From contig CP113000.1 of the NCBI GenBank assembly GCA_026625185.1, positions 2,682,651-2,714,650 on the forward strand: DNA of 32,000 nt. Direction: 5' to 3'. Under the pieces are notes generated by a model. It had not been told where the DNA came from. It did no database searches and was given only the letters and a program-made list of their open reading frames with translations. This stretch comes from Thermodesulfobacteriota bacterium. GTDB lineage: Bacteria > Desulfobacterota > WTBG01 > JAGOGO01. The position numbers were made by a program, and so were the translations under genes. Numbering within the stretch: position 1 is the first letter of the stretch; every line of letters begins with the position of its first letter. Of the stretch, positions 14,413 through 22,854 are shown in pieces.

Positions 14413-14661
14413 ATGTCAGAGCGAACAAGAAAGCGGAAACGAGATGTGGAGAAGAATTATCCTGTAAAGCAATTTATAATAAAGCTGAGGCGACTTGCGG
14501 ACTGCATAGAAAATGGCAATCGCTTTCGGATACAAATTGCGGGAGAGCGGGTAGTTATTCCACCTTCTGCCAGCATCAATATTGAACATGAACGTAGCAA
14601 GTCAGAAGAAGAGATAGAATTTCAGATTAAGTGGCAACTTGACCGAAAATCTTCAAAATAA
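14413..14661 (+). CDS. amphi-Trp domain-like small protein
   Basis: 82 aa. It has a basic N-terminus, then ...RFRIQIAGERVVIPPSASINIEHERSKSEEEIEFQIKWQL. The alternating acidic/hydrophobic strand ending in KW resembles my recollection of the amphi-Trp domain family. Confidence 0.5.
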   Translation: MSERTRKRKRDVEKNYPVKQFIIKLRRLADCIENGNRFRIQIAGERVVIPPSASINIEHERSKSEEEIEFQIKWQLDRKSSK

Positions 14662-14861
14662 TTAGTGAGGTAGGGGGTGATGTTGGGGGTTGGGACAAGG
14701 TAAGCCATTAAAATTACGAATGATAATTTCCAAAATTCGAGAGAGTTTGTCTCTATATTGATTTTTTTAAGGGGAAATAACGTAATATACGGTGATTAAT
14801 GGCACGGGCTAAATGAAATTATGTTCCCGGGCATATACTTGAATTGTTCAACCTTTCTTTT

Positions 14862-14908
14862 CAGCCGATTCGTGCCAAAAACCGCACGAACCGGCTGAGC
14901 TTTTATTT
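14862..14908 (+). terminator. Terminator-like hairpin upstream of the decarboxylase locus
   Basis: CAGCCGATTCGTGC, loop CAAAAACC, GCACGAACCGGCTG (14862-14897, one bulge), followed by AGCTTTTATTT. It could terminate upstream transcription or be a leader structure. Confidence 0.45.
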
Positions 14909-14952
14909 CGGCTATTATAGATCAACAAACCATCGAAAGGAAAGATACAGAA

Positions 14953-16356
14953 ATGACCTATCGAAGATTGCTTGAGTCTATTCTCGCACATGCCTTGAGC
15001 TTTATTGAGAGCCTTGACGAAGGTCCCGTATCGGCAACCGCAAGTCTCGCTGACTTACGCCGACGTTTAGGCCACCCGCTTGCCGACAAGGGTATGGACG
15101 CAACTCATGTTATTGATGAATTAGTTGCTGATGTGAAAGGTGGGGTGTTAGGTACTTCAGGAGGACGGTTCTTCGGTTTTGTAGTCGGCGGCTCAGTGCC
15201 TGCCGCTCTCGCTGCTGATTGGCTTACGTCTACTTGGGACCAGCCCGCCGCTTTGTTCGCTTCCGGACCGGCAGTAGCCGTCATTGAAGAAATTTGTGGA
15301 CAATGAGTGAAAGAGCTGCTGAGTTTACCTCAGCAAGCAAGTTTTTCTCTGGTAACGGGTTGTTCAATGGCTCATGTGACCTGTCTTGCAGCTGCCCGAA
15401 ATGCTTTGTTGACCAAACATAGCTGGGATGTGGAGCGAAAGGGATTGAACGGCGCCCCTCCAATCCGCATCTTGAGTAATAACCAACGACACGGCTGGAT
15501 TGAGCGTACTGTCCGTTTATTGGGGATTGGTAACGACAACGTTTTTGATTCACCCGTAAATAAACAGGGGCATTTAGACTCAGAAGACCTACTGAGGGGA
15601 CTCCAAGAACATGCCGGCAAGCCAACCATCGTATTGTTACAGGCTGGCGAAATCAACACCGGGGTATTTGAGCCTTTTGAGGAGCTTATCCCAATCGCGC
15701 ACGAGCATGGTGCTTGGGTTCATATTGATGGGGCTTTTGGGCTATGGGCAGCGGCAAGCTCCAAATATAAACATTTGCTAAAGGGAGTAGATCAAGCCGA
15801 TTCGTGGATAGTTGATGGGCATAAATGGCTTAATGTGCCCTATGATTGCGGCTATGCCTTTGTTAAAGATTCAAGAGCTCCTCAAGCGGCCATGTCTCAC
15901 CGAGCGAGTTATTTAACCCACGATGCGGTTGCCCGTGACCAAATCGACTGGACTCCGGAATGGTCTCACCGTGGACGCGGCATCGCTACCTATGCCGCTA
16001 TCCGGCAACCAGGTAAACAGGGAGTGGCTGAACTAATCGAAAGCACTTGTCAATATGCGCATCGCCTGGTAACACGCATTAGTGCATTACCCTATGCTGA
16101 ATTGATTTGGGAACCACAAATAAACCAGGGGTTAGTACGTTTTCTCAGCGCGAAACTCAATTCGACGGATGCTGATCATGATCTGCGCACAGACAGCGTT
16201 ATTGCAAATGTTCTTGAATCCGGTGAAGCTTTTTTTTCTGGTACTACGTGGCAAGGTAAACGCTGTATGCGCGTTTCGGTGTGTAATTGGAAAACAAATG
16301 ATTTGGATGTTGAGGGAGCCATCAATGCCGTTCAACTTGCTTTATCAAAGCAGTAA
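14953..16356 (+). pseudogene. Group II PLP-dependent decarboxylase interrupted by one in-frame TGA (15304-15306)
   Basis: Track ORFs 14953..15306 and 15307..16356 are in the same frame and abut at a single TGA. The combined 467 codons match the family: GGRFFGFVVGGSVPAALAADWL, VTGCSMAHVTCLAAAR and the PLP lysine motif DGHKWLNVPYDCG. GC is visibly higher than in neighbouring genes. Confidence 0.8.
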
Positions 16357-16480
16357 AAATCATCGCATTCAATGTTTCGGGGCTTTGTTGCTCACTGATC
16401 AAGGCTAAACTAAGATGCGATTTTATTAGCATGACACTTTGCATCTCTTATGTTTCAACAGCCGGTTAGAGATCACGAAA

Positions 16481-16702
16481 CTATTCTAATGCTTTTACCT
16501 CAGACCGGAGGGTTTTGAGGCGGGTTTCCATAACCTTAAGTACAGCTTTAATATTTATTTCCAATGATCTTAAATCATTGCCTTTATTTAGTACTTGTTC
16601 TATTCTTTCTTTCCAGGTTTTTATCGTTTCGTCTTCTATTTTTAGTTTTTCCAGGCTTATTTTTTTTATTAAAAGGGCTTCTAATTTTTTATCGAATTCC
16701 AT
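16481..16702 (-). CDS. Hypothetical small coiled-coil protein
   Basis: The start is chosen at ATG 16702 (MEFDKKLEALL...), 8 nt after GGAGG; the track starts at 16741. The sequence is heptad-like and Lys/Glu/Leu-rich. No family recognised. Confidence 0.4.
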   Translation of the reverse strand: MEFDKKLEALLIKKISLEKLKIEDETIKTWKERIEQVLNKGNDLRSLEINIKAVLKVMETRLKTLRSEVKALE

Positions 16703-16763
16703 TATCATATCCTCCAAACGTTTTATTCCTGTGCTTTGCAAACGTCAAAAAACAATGTGTCAT

Positions 16764-16917
16764 GTCAGGCTGAACCCTGCTCTGGTCGTTCTGAACCTGG
16801 TGCTGAACCTGTTTCAGTAATGGCTCAGAATCTTACGGGCATCTTAAAAAATCAACATATTTTGAGACCCTGAAATCGTAACCCCTGAACTTGATTCAGG
16901 GCCTGGTTTAGGGTGAC
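16764..16917. repeat. Cluster of nested palindromic REP-like elements between pfp and the next gene
   Basis: Outer stem GTTCTGAACC (16788-97) / GGCTCAGAATC (16822-32) encloses CTGAA-CCTGT-TTCAG (16803-17). A second unit, GTAACCCCTGAACTTGATTCAGGGCC...GGGTGAC (16878-16917), has the hairpin CCCTGAA-CTTGA-TTCAGGG. Confidence 0.65.
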
Positions 16918-16941
16918 CAAAAAATAATTTTGCAAAGGTCT

Positions 16942-18180
16942 TTATTCATGGGTTATCCGATTTTCAGGGAGTTGGTATTCTAAAGAACGGGCAAGTTGGT
17001 AAAAATCAGAATTCTTATGAATATAGCGGATTTTTGCGAGTAAGGTTTTTGGATCAATTAACTCATGAAAAGGTACATATTTAATTTGCATTTGGTCCTC
17101 AACGCTTACCATTACTCCTGAAAAACCTTTTTGACAAATGGCTCGAAAGGCTCCGACCCCCAATTGGCTTCCCAGCATAACATCAAAAGCAGCCGGTTCC
17201 GCACACCGTGTCTCATAACCAATCTGCTTTGCTCGAACCTTTAATGCTTCTTTGGGAAAAATTTCCTTATAGCGTGTTTCCAGCTCGTTTGCTATAACCT
17301 TTCCAACTTCAGCGTCTCCGAGGACAACATTTCCGTGCCGGTCAACCCTTGTTGGTCTTAAATTTTCAGGAAGGAGTTCGGCTAAGCCTTCACTGACACA
17401 AATCACCCCGTATTTTTTCCCCTCGTTTGTTCTTGCTACCATTAGAGCCAGGAGGTCAGCCACAAGTCTATCAAGATTAAAATCACCCTTGATATTTTCC
17501 ACACTTATCATGCGGACCGCCTCGCCGGCAATGCCTGCCGCATAAGTAAGCCAGCCTGTTTTCCTGCCCATAATTTCTAAGATAAACCAGCTATTCGTGG
17601 ATGCAGCATCTGCTCCCAGATTTCTGATTTCATGAGCGGCAAAATTTGCGGCCGAGGTATATCCAAAAGTCCAATCAATCCCCAGGTAGTCGTTATCAAT
17701 GGTTTTCGGGATATGAACAATACGCATTGGTCTGATATCAGGAACGTGATATTGCATCAAATAAAGATAATTTACCGTTTTTAGGGTATCGTCGCCACCG
17801 ATAGTAATAAGACCGTCAATTTCAAAATGGTCCATCCATTTATAAACATTTAATAATCGATGATTTTTTTCGGGGTTGGTTAAATCGTGGATTGAAGAAA
17901 TCCCTTTTCCCGGGTTCGCTCGAGAAGTTTTAATAATAATCGACTTAATATTGCGAATGCCGCTTACATCCGGTAACGTCAATATTTTATAATGCTCGTT
18001 GGGAGCTAAAGTCTTTCCCTCCTCGTATTCCTGTAAAAATTCAAAGCCTTGTAAAAAACCATATACTTCGACCCCGGCATTCACCAGATTCATAACTGTT
18101 GCTGAAATAACTGCGTTTGCGGCTGGAGCTGGTCCACCAGAAAAAAGAATTCCAATATGTTTAATTTTTGGCACTTCCAT
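16942..18180 (-). CDS. pfp: Pyrophosphate-dependent 6-phosphofructokinase
   Basis: 412 aa in the PFK family (FSGGPAPAANAV, EIMGRKTGW). The motifs GGDDT and PKTIDND (Asp and Lys where ATP-PFKs have GGDGS and GTIDND) indicate PPi rather than ATP specificity. Confidence 0.85.
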   Translation of the reverse strand: MEVPKIKHIGILFSGGPAPAANAVISATVMNLVNAGVEVYGFLQGFEFLQEYEEGKTLAPNEHYKILTLPDVSGIRNIKSIIIKTSRANPGKGISSIHDLTNPEKNHRLLNVYKWMDHFEIDGLITIGGDDTLKTVNYLYLMQYHVPDIRPMRIVHIPKTIDNDYLGIDWTFGYTSAANFAAHEIRNLGADAASTNSWFILEIMGRKTGWLTYAAGIAGEAVRMISVENIKGDFNLDRLVADLLALMVARTNEGKKYGVICVSEGLAELLPENLRPTRVDRHGNVVLGDAEVGKVIANELETRYKEIFPKEALKVRAKQIGYETRCAEPAAFDVMLGSQLGVGAFRAICQKGFSGVMVSVEDQMQIKYVPFHELIDPKTLLAKIRYIHKNSDFYQLARSLEYQLPENRITHE

Positions 18181-18791
18181 ATTTAAATACCTTTCATGGA
18201 AACATTTTGTTTATAACCATTAATTACCGACAAAATTTTCTCAAAAATTTTGCAGAAAAATATTATTTAAATAAAATAAATCGGGCTCCTATGCTTAAAA
18301 TTTAAAAAATATATTAACTTATTTTAAAAAAAAGTCAAACGGTGTATATCATTCTTGTCAAAGGCTACGCAAAAAGGGGACATTAATATCAATGTCATTC
18401 GAGTTTCCAGCAAAATTGAAATTCGGAAATCTTTACCTAAAAATACATATGAAACCAAAGAGGAAACCGTTAGGTATTGTTTCAATTTAGGAAGGCAAAT
18501 CATTTACGGTGAGGTTTAATAGTGCCCGGTGAAGGAGTAGTAGCCTCATCTCTTATGTAAATCATTAAGAATTTTTTCTCGTAATGTTTTGATTTGCTAT
18601 TAATTGAATTTTAATCTCTTTAGCTTTATATTATAAATAAGTACAAGATGCTTATCAACTTTTTAATAAAAAAATAATATCACGAGAATGACCGTGGAGG
18701 GAAATGTATCCATGGTTTAGTTAGGTGATATAGGCCATATTGTCTAACGAGTGGTTCGGCCTTTTTTATTGGTGATGGTTTTAATTAATTT

Positions 18792-18920
18792 AATTACGAA
18801 CAAGGACACAATGTCAAATATATTCAGAATGAGTTAGGCTATACTCTATCCAAGCTGCATGGATAGATATATAGACACCTGTTTAGTAATGTCGGCCCAG
18901 AATAAGCCAAGAAGTTAGAT
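18792..18920 (+). pseudogene. Decayed C-terminal fragment of a tyrosine recombinase/integrase
   Basis: My translation is NYEQGHNVKYIQNELGYTLSKLHG*IYRHLFSNVGPE*AKKLD. It mirrors the C-terminal integrase pattern (...G.nikyIQe.LGH.s...T.d.Y.HLf....e.a.kLd, including the catalytic Tyr) but has two in-frame stops and no upstream ORF. Confidence 0.4.
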
Positions 18921-19238
18921 TGCATAGTTTTTTTGAGTTTGGTTTTAGCTCTGCCTTAATATAAACATCTTCAGAAGTTGTTTCAGTGAAGTTTATGTGT
19001 AATTCTTTGTGTTTCATAGGAAACATATTGTATTTTGAAAAGGTTTCCTCGAACAAAATTAAGTGCGTATCTTCAGTGTCAAATGGACAAATTTCCCAAA
19101 TCTAAGTTTGCAAACCCATGGTGGTACACCACTTACTGAAGATTCACACCCTATGCGCAGTCTCTTTTCCAAAGTTATTATTTCTATAAGTAAGCCATTT
19201 GGATTCAATAAGAAAAAAATATCCAAGGAGTGAATTCA

Positions 19239-19628
19239 ATGAAGAAAATCGCTTTACTTATCGGTTGTGCTCTTATTTGGTTTTTTTCCAGCACGGAAAC
19301 TGTTTTGGCAAATAAGACTTCGGTTTTCATCGAAGGACCTTCAACTGCTGGAAAAGGCTCCGAAGTCACCCTTTGTCTGACAGTTACCCATAACGCCAAT
19401 TCTTTTTTTCATTACACCAAACTGGTTACGGTCCAGGTGAATGGTCAACCTTTCATACAGTGGGTTTTCACCAGCGGCAAAAGGCCTGAGGGGGCCGTCT
19501 TTAAGAGAGAGGTAAAGATCAGGATTACCGGAAACACCGAGGTTGTTGCCGAAGCATATTGCAATATCCACGGTAGCGAGGGGCCTGCAAAGGTAACGAT
19601 TGTCCCCAGTGAGTCAGGAGCACCTTGA
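19239..19628 (+). CDS. Secreted superoxide-reductase-like (neelaredoxin/desulfoferrodoxin iron-centre domain) protein
   Basis: ATG 19239 lies 8 nt after GGAG. The signal-peptide-like N-terminus is MKKIALLIGCALIWFFSSTETVLA. The domain motifs THNANSFFHY and AEAYCNIHG match the His...His and C-N-x-H-G iron ligand motifs of 1Fe-SORs. Confidence 0.55.
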   Translation: MKKIALLIGCALIWFFSSTETVLANKTSVFIEGPSTAGKGSEVTLCLTVTHNANSFFHYTKLVTVQVNGQPFIQWVFTSGKRPEGAVFKREVKIRITGNTEVVAEAYCNIHGSEGPAKVTIVPSESGAP

Positions 19629-19699
19629 GCGAAATAACCACCATCCGGATTGTATCACAACCACATAACAAGTAAAAGGTGTGGTCTATTCTTTTAAGT

Positions 19700-19974
19700 T
19701 TTGCCCTTCATACACCGCCAGGTCTATCCCCCAGGAATTGATTCGGCAGAGCAACTACATGGGGCATATTCGACAACCGGGGAGAGATGGCGTCCAAGAA
19801 AAGAAATTCTCGTTACCGTGCTCGCCGAGGGGGGTTGAGCGAACCCATTCTTGGCCGAATCGGTTTTGGAAATTGTTGGTTGGCTTTAAAAAAACAACTG
19901 CCGCTTACCAGGGGTTATTGGAATTAGCAGGTGCATTAATTGCTTTTCGTCAAATGATTGTTATTTACGGATAA
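19700..19974 (+). pseudogene. 5'-truncated IS5/IS4-type DDE transposase fragment (C-terminal ~90 codons only)
   Basis: ...GHIRQPGRDGVQEKK...RGVERTHSWPNRFWKLLVGFKKTTAAYQGLLELAGALIAFRQM matches the conserved C-terminus of IS5-family transposases (RWVVERT.sWlNrfRrL...yEk....y......lA.a.i.fR). No upstream catalytic region is present. Confidence 0.6.
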
Positions 19975-20374
19975 GTTCTAAATCTAAATGTGGTACCTCT
20001 TTTGGGGGAGCAGGTCACCCTGCTTAGGGGGTTTATTAATTTCAAAGTTACTTGGTTTCATCCCTATCTCCCGGTGTGGGTTAGGATAAAAACATTCAGC
20101 AAAACCAATTTCGACTCCCTCCCCAGTCCCCAAACTCATTAAAAACACTGTAGATTTTAGTAGTTGTACGATTATAGGCAAACAAAAATAGGTTGTTAAA
20201 AAGAACAGACTATCTTTTAGTTCTGACTTTGAGCTCACATAAAAAATTTTTCCCTGAGCTTATTTCCTGTAAACTAAATTAGAAGTCGTGCGTCATTATT
20301 GTTAATGTTTTACGAGCGTTCAAACTTTGTTTTAAACGTAGCTTTTATCTGAAAACAAGAAGGAGAATAAAAAG

Positions 20375-21052
20375 GTGATAAAAATATCAAACCTAGTTCG
20401 ATCACTTATCGTAATGGGCTGCCTAGTGTTTTTCTCTGGCTGTGCGCATGTGATTTCGAAGGATCTCAGAAATCAGGTAGATTCCTCGCTAACCTTTGAA
20501 AAGGTATTCCAAAACCCAATGGCCTATAAGGGAAAAACTGTTGTCTGGGGTGGGGAGATCGTCGATACCCTCAACCAAAAAAATGGCACATCCGAAATCG
20601 AGGTCTTCCAAATACCTTTGGACTCGTGGACTGATGCACCAAAAGCATCAAATGTTTCAGAGGGCAGATTTTTAATTAAGGTCAATAAATATTTAGACCC
20701 GTACCTCTACCATGAAGGAATGAGAATTACAGTGGGGGGTGAAATTTCAGGGGAACAGATTAAACCTCTCGGAGAGATTGATTATCGGTATCCGGTTGTT
20801 TCGAGCAAACAAATTTATCTCTGGGACGATTACTATTATTATCCTTATCCTTATCCCTATTCTTATTATTACCCATGGGGGTATTATGATCCATGGTGGT
20901 GGGGATATCCTTATTGGTGGGGAGGGCTGGGCTATAGCGGTTACTATTGGGGACATCATGATGGGCACCATGGCGGTGGACATGGTGGTGGAGGAAGCCC
21001 TGGCGGTGGACATGGTGGTGGAGGAAGCCCTGGCGGTGGACATGGGAGATAG
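20375..21052 (+). CDS. Slp-family outer-membrane lipoprotein with an aromatic-rich and His/Gly-rich C-terminal extension
   Basis: GTG start lies 9 nt after AAGGAG, with a lipobox-like FFSGC. The core matches Slp (YKGKTVVWGGEIV...EIEVFQIPLD...GRFLIKV..YLDP..Y.G..ITVGGEI.G...KPLGEIDYRYPVV....IYLW). The 75-aa tail is DDYYYYPYPYPYSYYYPWGYYDPWWWGYPYWWGG...HGGGGSPGGGHGGGGSPGGGHGR. Confidence 0.75.
   Translation: MIKISNLVRSLIVMGCLVFFSGCAHVISKDLRNQVDSSLTFEKVFQNPMAYKGKTVVWGGEIVDTLNQKNGTSEIEVFQIPLDSWTDAPKASNVSEGRFLIKVNKYLDPYLYHEGMRITVGGEISGEQIKPLGEIDYRYPVVSSKQIYLWDDYYYYPYPYPYSYYYPWGYYDPWWWGYPYWWGGLGYSGYYWGHHDGHHGGGHGGGGSPGGGHGGGGSPGGGHGR
20981..21040 (+). repeat. Perfect 30-bp tandem duplication inside the lipoprotein tail
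   Basis: CATGGTGGTGGAGGAAGCCCTGGCGGTGGA occurs twice in tandem (20981-21010 and 21011-21040), flanked by partial copies. It encodes HGGGGSPGGG x2. Confidence 0.9.
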
Positions 21053-21086
21053 CTGAGTTTTAAACTATAATATAAGATGATTGTTT

Positions 21087-21130
21087 AAACGGCTAACAGT
21101 GAGCAAAATATCGGTTAGCCGTTTTTTTTT
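21087..21130 (+). terminator. Rho-independent terminator after the Slp-like gene
   Basis: Stem AAACGGCTAAC (21087-97) pairs with GTTAGCCGTTT and is followed by a run of 9 T (21122-21130). Confidence 0.75.
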
Positions 21131-21162
21131 TAAGGGTAAAAATAGGGTAGTATAACAATATG

Positions 21163-22534
21163 GGGGTACAATTAAAAAGTGTGTAAATAGATAAAAAGGC
21201 GGTGTATCCTTTTAAATTGAGGCCAATCAACTATAAAGAATGGAGACACCCCCATGAAAAAAAGTATCACAGAGACGGCAAGGCCGTCAAGCGGGACATA
21301 TTAGGTATTGGAGGAAATGGTTCGGCTGAAGGTGCAGGAATACATTCAGGAAATTCTGGAGAACGAAGTTGAGGTCTTTTTGGGTAGGAAGAAATCTGAA
21401 CGGATCAAGCCCATCGATGGCACACCGGGGTATTGGAACGGACACGGGAATCGGAAGAAGTTCACCGTGATGAACGGAACCATCACCATTCGTCGTACAC
21501 GTGTAAGGGGGAGCGAAGAACGATTCAAGAGCACGGTAATTCCTTTTTTCAAGCGCCGGTCGAAAGAAGTGGGGCAGTTGCTGCCGGAGCTATATTTACA
21601 CGGGTTGGCCAAAGGGGATTTTGAGATGGCACTGGGGGTTTATTGGGATAGGGAGTGTCGCTGTCGGCTTCGGCGATAGAGCGGCTGAAGGCGAAGTGGC
21701 ATTTTGAGTATGAGGAGTGGAAGTGTTAGGATCTCTCATCTTTTGAGGTGGTCTATCAGTGGGCAGATGGTATTTATGTGAAAGCCGGGCTGGAAAAAGA
21801 CAAGGCTGCGCTTTTTTTAGTGATTATCGGGGCTCTCAGCAACGGAAGGAAAGTTTTTCTTGCCTGTGAGAGCGGATATCGGGAGAGCAAGGAATCCTGG
21901 AACGGAGTTCTGAGGGGACTGATAAATCGTGGCCTGAGGCTCGGCAGGTTAACGATTGCCGATGGTCATCTGGGAATATGGTCTGCGCTCGGAGAGCTTC
22001 ATGCTGAAGGAAAAGAGGAGCGGCGCTGGAATCATAAGATCAGGAATGTCCTTGACTGTTTTCCCAAGAGGCTGCGTTCCGAGGCGGCAGAAAAGCTCAA
22101 ACCGGTTCCCTATGCGGAAACGCTCGTGGAGTGTGAGCGTCGTCGGGATGCGTTCATTGGGCATTACCGGAAAGACTTTCCCAAGGCGACAGAGAAACTT
22201 CTCTCGGATTGAGACAGAATGATTACATTCTACTCATTCCCGAAGTAACACTGGCCGCACCTGCGGACAACGAATGTGGTTGAGTCCTCCTTCAGCTCGG
22301 TAAGACTGAGGACGGATGCAGCGAAGCGGTTCAAGAAGGTTCAAAATGCCACAGCAATGATCTGGAAACTGCTGCGGGTCGCGGAGAAGAACTTCCGTAC
22401 GTTAAAAGGTCATTGGTTGTTGCCTGACGTTCACGCAGAAAAAACGTTTGTCGATGGCGTCGCGAAACGGGAGTCAAAAGGACCGGAAAGGATGGCCGCC
22501 TAAATGCTTTTTACACACTTATTTAAAAGACCCC
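21163..22534 (+). mobile_element. Degenerate IS256-family insertion sequence (~1.37 kb) with imperfect terminal inverted repeats
   Basis: The left end is GGGGTACAATTAAAAAGTGTGTAAATAG. The reverse complement of the right end is GGGGTCTTTTAAATAAGTGTGTAAAAAG. They match at 21 of 30 positions, including the terminal GGGGT and an 11-nt core AAGTGTGTAAA. They enclose the broken transposase. I see no target-site duplication. Confidence 0.7.
21308..22503 (+). pseudogene. IS256-family (mutator-type) transposase pseudogene
   Basis: There are three track ORFs (21308..21679, 21748..22212, 22276..22503), plus my reading of the gaps. Family-typical segments are LPELYLHGLAKGDFEMAL, SASAIERLKAKW..EYEEW, VYQWADGIYVKAG, LVIIGA, ADGHLGIW, RRWNHKIRNVL and TTNVVESSFSSVR. 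They are interrupted by at least one frameshift (~21640) and several in-frame stops. Confidence 0.85.
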
Positions 22535-22685
22535 GGTTAACCTTTTTATGTTATAAGTAGTTTTTGAGTCTAACTTCCTTTATCTACATTTTTTTTGTGA
22601 TGCCTTTTTTGTTACAAAAAAATAATATACAAAATAAAATTTTCAAGAAAAATTTTTTTTGAAATCATTTGATAACTACCTAAAA

Positions 22686-22713
22686 TTGACAGCTTATTAA
22701 AAGGAGTCATAAC
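22686..22713 (+). promoter_or_regulatory. Possible sigma70-type promoter for the aspS operon
   Basis: TTGACA (22686-91), a 16-nt spacer, then CATAAC (22708-13, 4 of 6 to TATAAT), about 140 nt upstream of the aspS ATG. Weak, sequence match only. Confidence 0.25.
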
Positions 22714-22854
22714 TAGAAAAAAGTATTAAATAGAGCGAACTTCTGCAAATCGGAAGAAACCGAGTTTTTTCAGTTGGTTAAGATTTAACACTTTGAAAAA
22801 TCAGAACCGTTTTGTTATGATCCTTTAATATTGAAAATAGAAAGGAGTTTTCTC

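Noticed and set aside
14668-14700. G-rich tract GAGGTAGGGGGTGATGTTGGGGGTTGGG as a G-quadruplex
   Set aside because: It has only three runs of three or more G; the fourth would be a GG. That is not enough for a confident G4 call, and I cannot support any functional link.
15304-15306. Possibility that TGA encodes Trp genome-wide (alternative genetic code)
   Set aside because: Neighbouring well-defined genes (6359..7342, 7339..8256, ligA) end at TGA at the expected protein lengths. I saw no other in-frame TGA inside conserved genes in this window.
18200-18800. Direct repeat of the tRNA-Met 3' end (attL/attR) that would delimit an integrated island
   Set aside because: I scanned by eye for GGGGTCTGGATTTGAACC-like sequence and found none. 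The island boundaries therefore remain inferred from composition only.
19984-20238. 84-aa minus-strand ORF after the IS5 fragment
   Set aside because: It has a GTG start without an RBS and no recognisable family. It lies in a region of decayed mobile DNA. I left it uncalled rather than assert a gene.
20969-21046. Tandem 30-bp repeats as a possible CRISPR array
   Set aside because: The repeats are directly adjacent with no spacers. There are only two full units, and they lie inside a coding frame, where they encode a peptide repeat.
20739-21056. Alternative-frame and antisense ORFs over the lipoprotein tail (20739..21056 +, 20747..21043 -)
   Set aside because: They are produced by the repetitive, compositionally biased tail sequence. 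The Slp frame is continuous with a conserved N-terminal domain and lipobox.
22535-22854. T-box or other leader riboswitch upstream of aspS
   Set aside because: The region is very AT-rich. I could not find the conserved T-box sequence or a specifier-loop and antiterminator arrangement. Only a weak promoter-like match is reported.
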